Source: Lama guanicoe
Taxonomy: Eukaryota
Assembly (NCBI GenBank): GCA_013239625.1
Contig: MU053376.1
Span: 644,833 to 708,832 of the forward strand
DNA: 64,000 nt
Reading direction: 5' to 3'
In this document: positions 61,717-64,000 of the stretch, piece by piece
Numbering within the stretch: the stretch's first letter is position 1
How the letters are laid out: every line of letters begins with the position of its first letter
Notes under the pieces: model-generated
Seen by the model: only the letters and a program-made list of their open reading frames with translations
What the model was told of the DNA's origin: nothing
Databases searched by the model: none
Translations under genes and position numbers: made by a program

Positions 61717-61918
61717 TAGTGATGCGCTGGTAAGTGGTTAGTAACTGGCTGGGGTGGGAGGTCGGGAGCCCCAGTTATTAACAATGTCAGTTTCCCAAGT
61801 GTGACTGTGCCTGCCATGGCCGGTTCCCTGCTAACAAGGTGAAGTCCCTGAAAGCAGACCGCAGACATGCAAGCACGGGCTCTCATGAGCTCCAGCCAGG
61901 GGCTCCAGCACGCCACTG
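61717..61918. mobile_element. MER63-like hAT-Blackjack element
   Basis: Terminal inverted repeats tagtgatgcgctgg ... ccagcacgccactg. Confidence 0.65.
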
Positions 61919-62349
61919 GATATGCTCTTTTGGGGGGAGTGGGGGCTTTGAGGGGGCTGTTGGGGCTCTAGAGCACCCCAAGTTACTCCTCCATGCTCCC
62001 CTGGCCAGTCCTCCTCTGGGGAGATGGGAGAGGGTTGTTCCTGGCCTCTTACCTGGACCATGTTTGGGGACTTGCACTGTGGGTCACTGGCTGACCCCTA
62101 CAGGTGAGCACAGGGTCTGGCCTGGCAACCCTCTCACCTGCTGTGCTCCCAGTCAGGTGTCACATCAGGTGAGTCTCCTTCCAGGCCTCTGTGCTGTGCA
62201 TACAACACACAAGGGACAGTGCCCTCACCCAATCTTCAAAGCAACCCCTGCAGCCGGAGGTCAGGATGAGCCGCATGCCCCCTGCAGACAGGGTCATGAC
62301 ACTGCCAGTGCCTTCAGTGTCAGGGGTTGACAGGGCAGGCAGCTGTGTC

Positions 62350-62525
62350 ATGGAGAAAAGAGCACCGGTCTTGTAGCCAAGACCTTGGATTTGAATCTCA
62401 GCTCTGCTGCTTCCAGACAAGTCATGTCACCGTTCCGAGTCTCCTTCTCCTCCTCCGTGAGCTGGGGGAGGGGCTGGTACCAACCTCCGGGCATTGTGGA
62501 GGGCAGGATGAGATGACCTCTATGA
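62350..62525 (+). mobile_element. MIR (degenerate)
   Basis: tggagaaaagagcac..ggatttgaatctcagctctgc..gacaagtca. Confidence 0.65.
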
Positions 62526-64000
62526 AGGCACTTTCTTGGTGCTGGACACTTGAAGCCTGAATCCTGGGCCTCTGCGTGTAATTAAGTGTAAACTGCAGTG
62601 ACCATTTATATTCTACAGGATCATGGCATCTGGGCGCTGGAGTGGGCTGAGGAGGTTGTAGATTCCTTCTTTCTGCCCTGTTGAGAGGTACCGTTACAGT
62701 ATCCCTGATGGCGGGCGCCCTGCTTGATCTGATCTAGAGGCCCAAGTGCATCACACGTGGGAGCCCCAGATGGCACCCAGGGTTGGAATGTTCTTCCTTT
62801 CACCGATCTGAAATCCGCCTCTCTGTGTCTGTCAGCAGCCCTCCCCTGGATGCACACATACACTCTGACACACATCAGCAGGGGCATAAATATTTATGAC
62901 ATGTGGCTAATGCAGGCGGCTTATAGGATTCCCAGCGCTTCAGATGGGAGCTTTTTGCACAAGAAGCCTTTTATCTGGGGAGAGGTCCTGCACAGGGAGT
63001 GGTGGATGCAGGCAGCAGAGAGGAGCCTCGGCCTCTCTGAGTGTTTGGGAAGCCCGCCCCTCACTGCAGCAGCCCCAGTGTCTGAATTTGAAGGGAAGGT
63101 CACCTGGCAGCCACCATCTTGGTCTCTGGAGATAGAGAATCAATCAGATTTTGGAGGCTTTTACTCAAGAAGCCCCTTCCTGGCTCTGCAGGGCCAGCCT
63201 CAAGGTGAATGGGTCCCTAATCAGAGGGGTCTAAACGCGCCTCACCTGACTGCCCTGAAGCTGAGCTCTCCCAGGTGGTAGAGCAGAAGGTTCTCACTCC
63301 TGCCCTCACTGGCTTCCAGGTTTCCTCCAGAGCTGAGCCCAGGGAGGAGGTCTAGAAGGCTGTGCTAACTTCCAAAAGGCCCTCAATAAAGTCACCCTTC
63401 CCCACATCCCCGGCACAGGAAATGCACACATTTCAAAGACTTCAAATGGTGCAGCAAGAGCTTGTACACATGTGGGGTCAGTTCCTCCCACGGCTGGCCA
63501 GCCGATACCCCCAGTGTGAACATACATACTCTGGAGCATCCTGGGGAGACTGGACTCTGGACTCTGAGAGGGGTGGTGAGGAGTGGTGGGCAAAGGGCTG
63601 AAAAGAGGAGTGGGACAGTGCTCAGCCTGTGCCTGGGCTTCAAGCTTGGAGCCACCCTGTCCAGGTGCCCCTCTCCCGAGAGCATCCACAGGGCAGAACC
63701 TGAACTGGGAGGTGGGGGAGGGGGAGTTTCCCTGGAAGGGAGTAGGATGACTTCTAGCTGGACTCTTGATAAAGCAAGATTTCATCAGCCCAAAGCCTAT
63801 CTTCCATACCCTTCCAACCCTACACCCTAAGCTACTGCCCCTCCCAGTCTTAGATTCTACACTCCTTTTCTACAAGTATCTCATTTCATTCCACTTCTCC
63901 CTTCAGCAAAACGAGTTTTATTTCCCCCACCTTGGACAGCTCCTCTTGCTGAAGAAGAAGAGAAAGAAGGGTGATGAAGAGTGTGAGACTGAGAGCTGGG

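Noticed and set aside
58381..63830. Many overlapping 100-190 aa ORFs in the GC-rich right end
   Set aside because: P/G/A/S-rich translations in several frames that run through MIR, L2 and MER elements, with no consistent exon chain.

Overview
Mammalian non-coding DNA (intergenic or deep intronic), rich in repeats. It is most likely camelid, inferred from five tRNA-Ala-derived SINEs that match the Vic-1 family as I recall it. I find no credible host protein-coding exon; the only supportable protein homologies are decayed L1 ORF1/ORF2 and ERVL pro/RT/RNase H/dUTPase remnants. Main content: (1) nested old L1s over 1-10.5 kb; (2) a young 3.0 kb L1 at 5730-8747, flanked by a target-site duplication (TSD), that keeps its 5'UTR and a near-intact ORF1 but lacks nearly all of ORF2 at a junction resembling a splice; (3) two convergent ERVL relics (about 19.7-23.2 kb plus, 41.7-47.9 kb minus); (4) solo LTRs, MaLRs, hAT/Tc DNA elements, MIR and L2; (5) a degenerate (CCCTAA)n tract with an A-tail and apparent TSD; (6) a 150 bp cluster of interleaved inverted repeats near 49.9-50.1 kb; (7) several motif-dense unique segments that may be enhancers or a bidirectional promoter. 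Subfamily names come from recalled consensus sequences, not from a search, and boundaries without a stated TSD are approximate.
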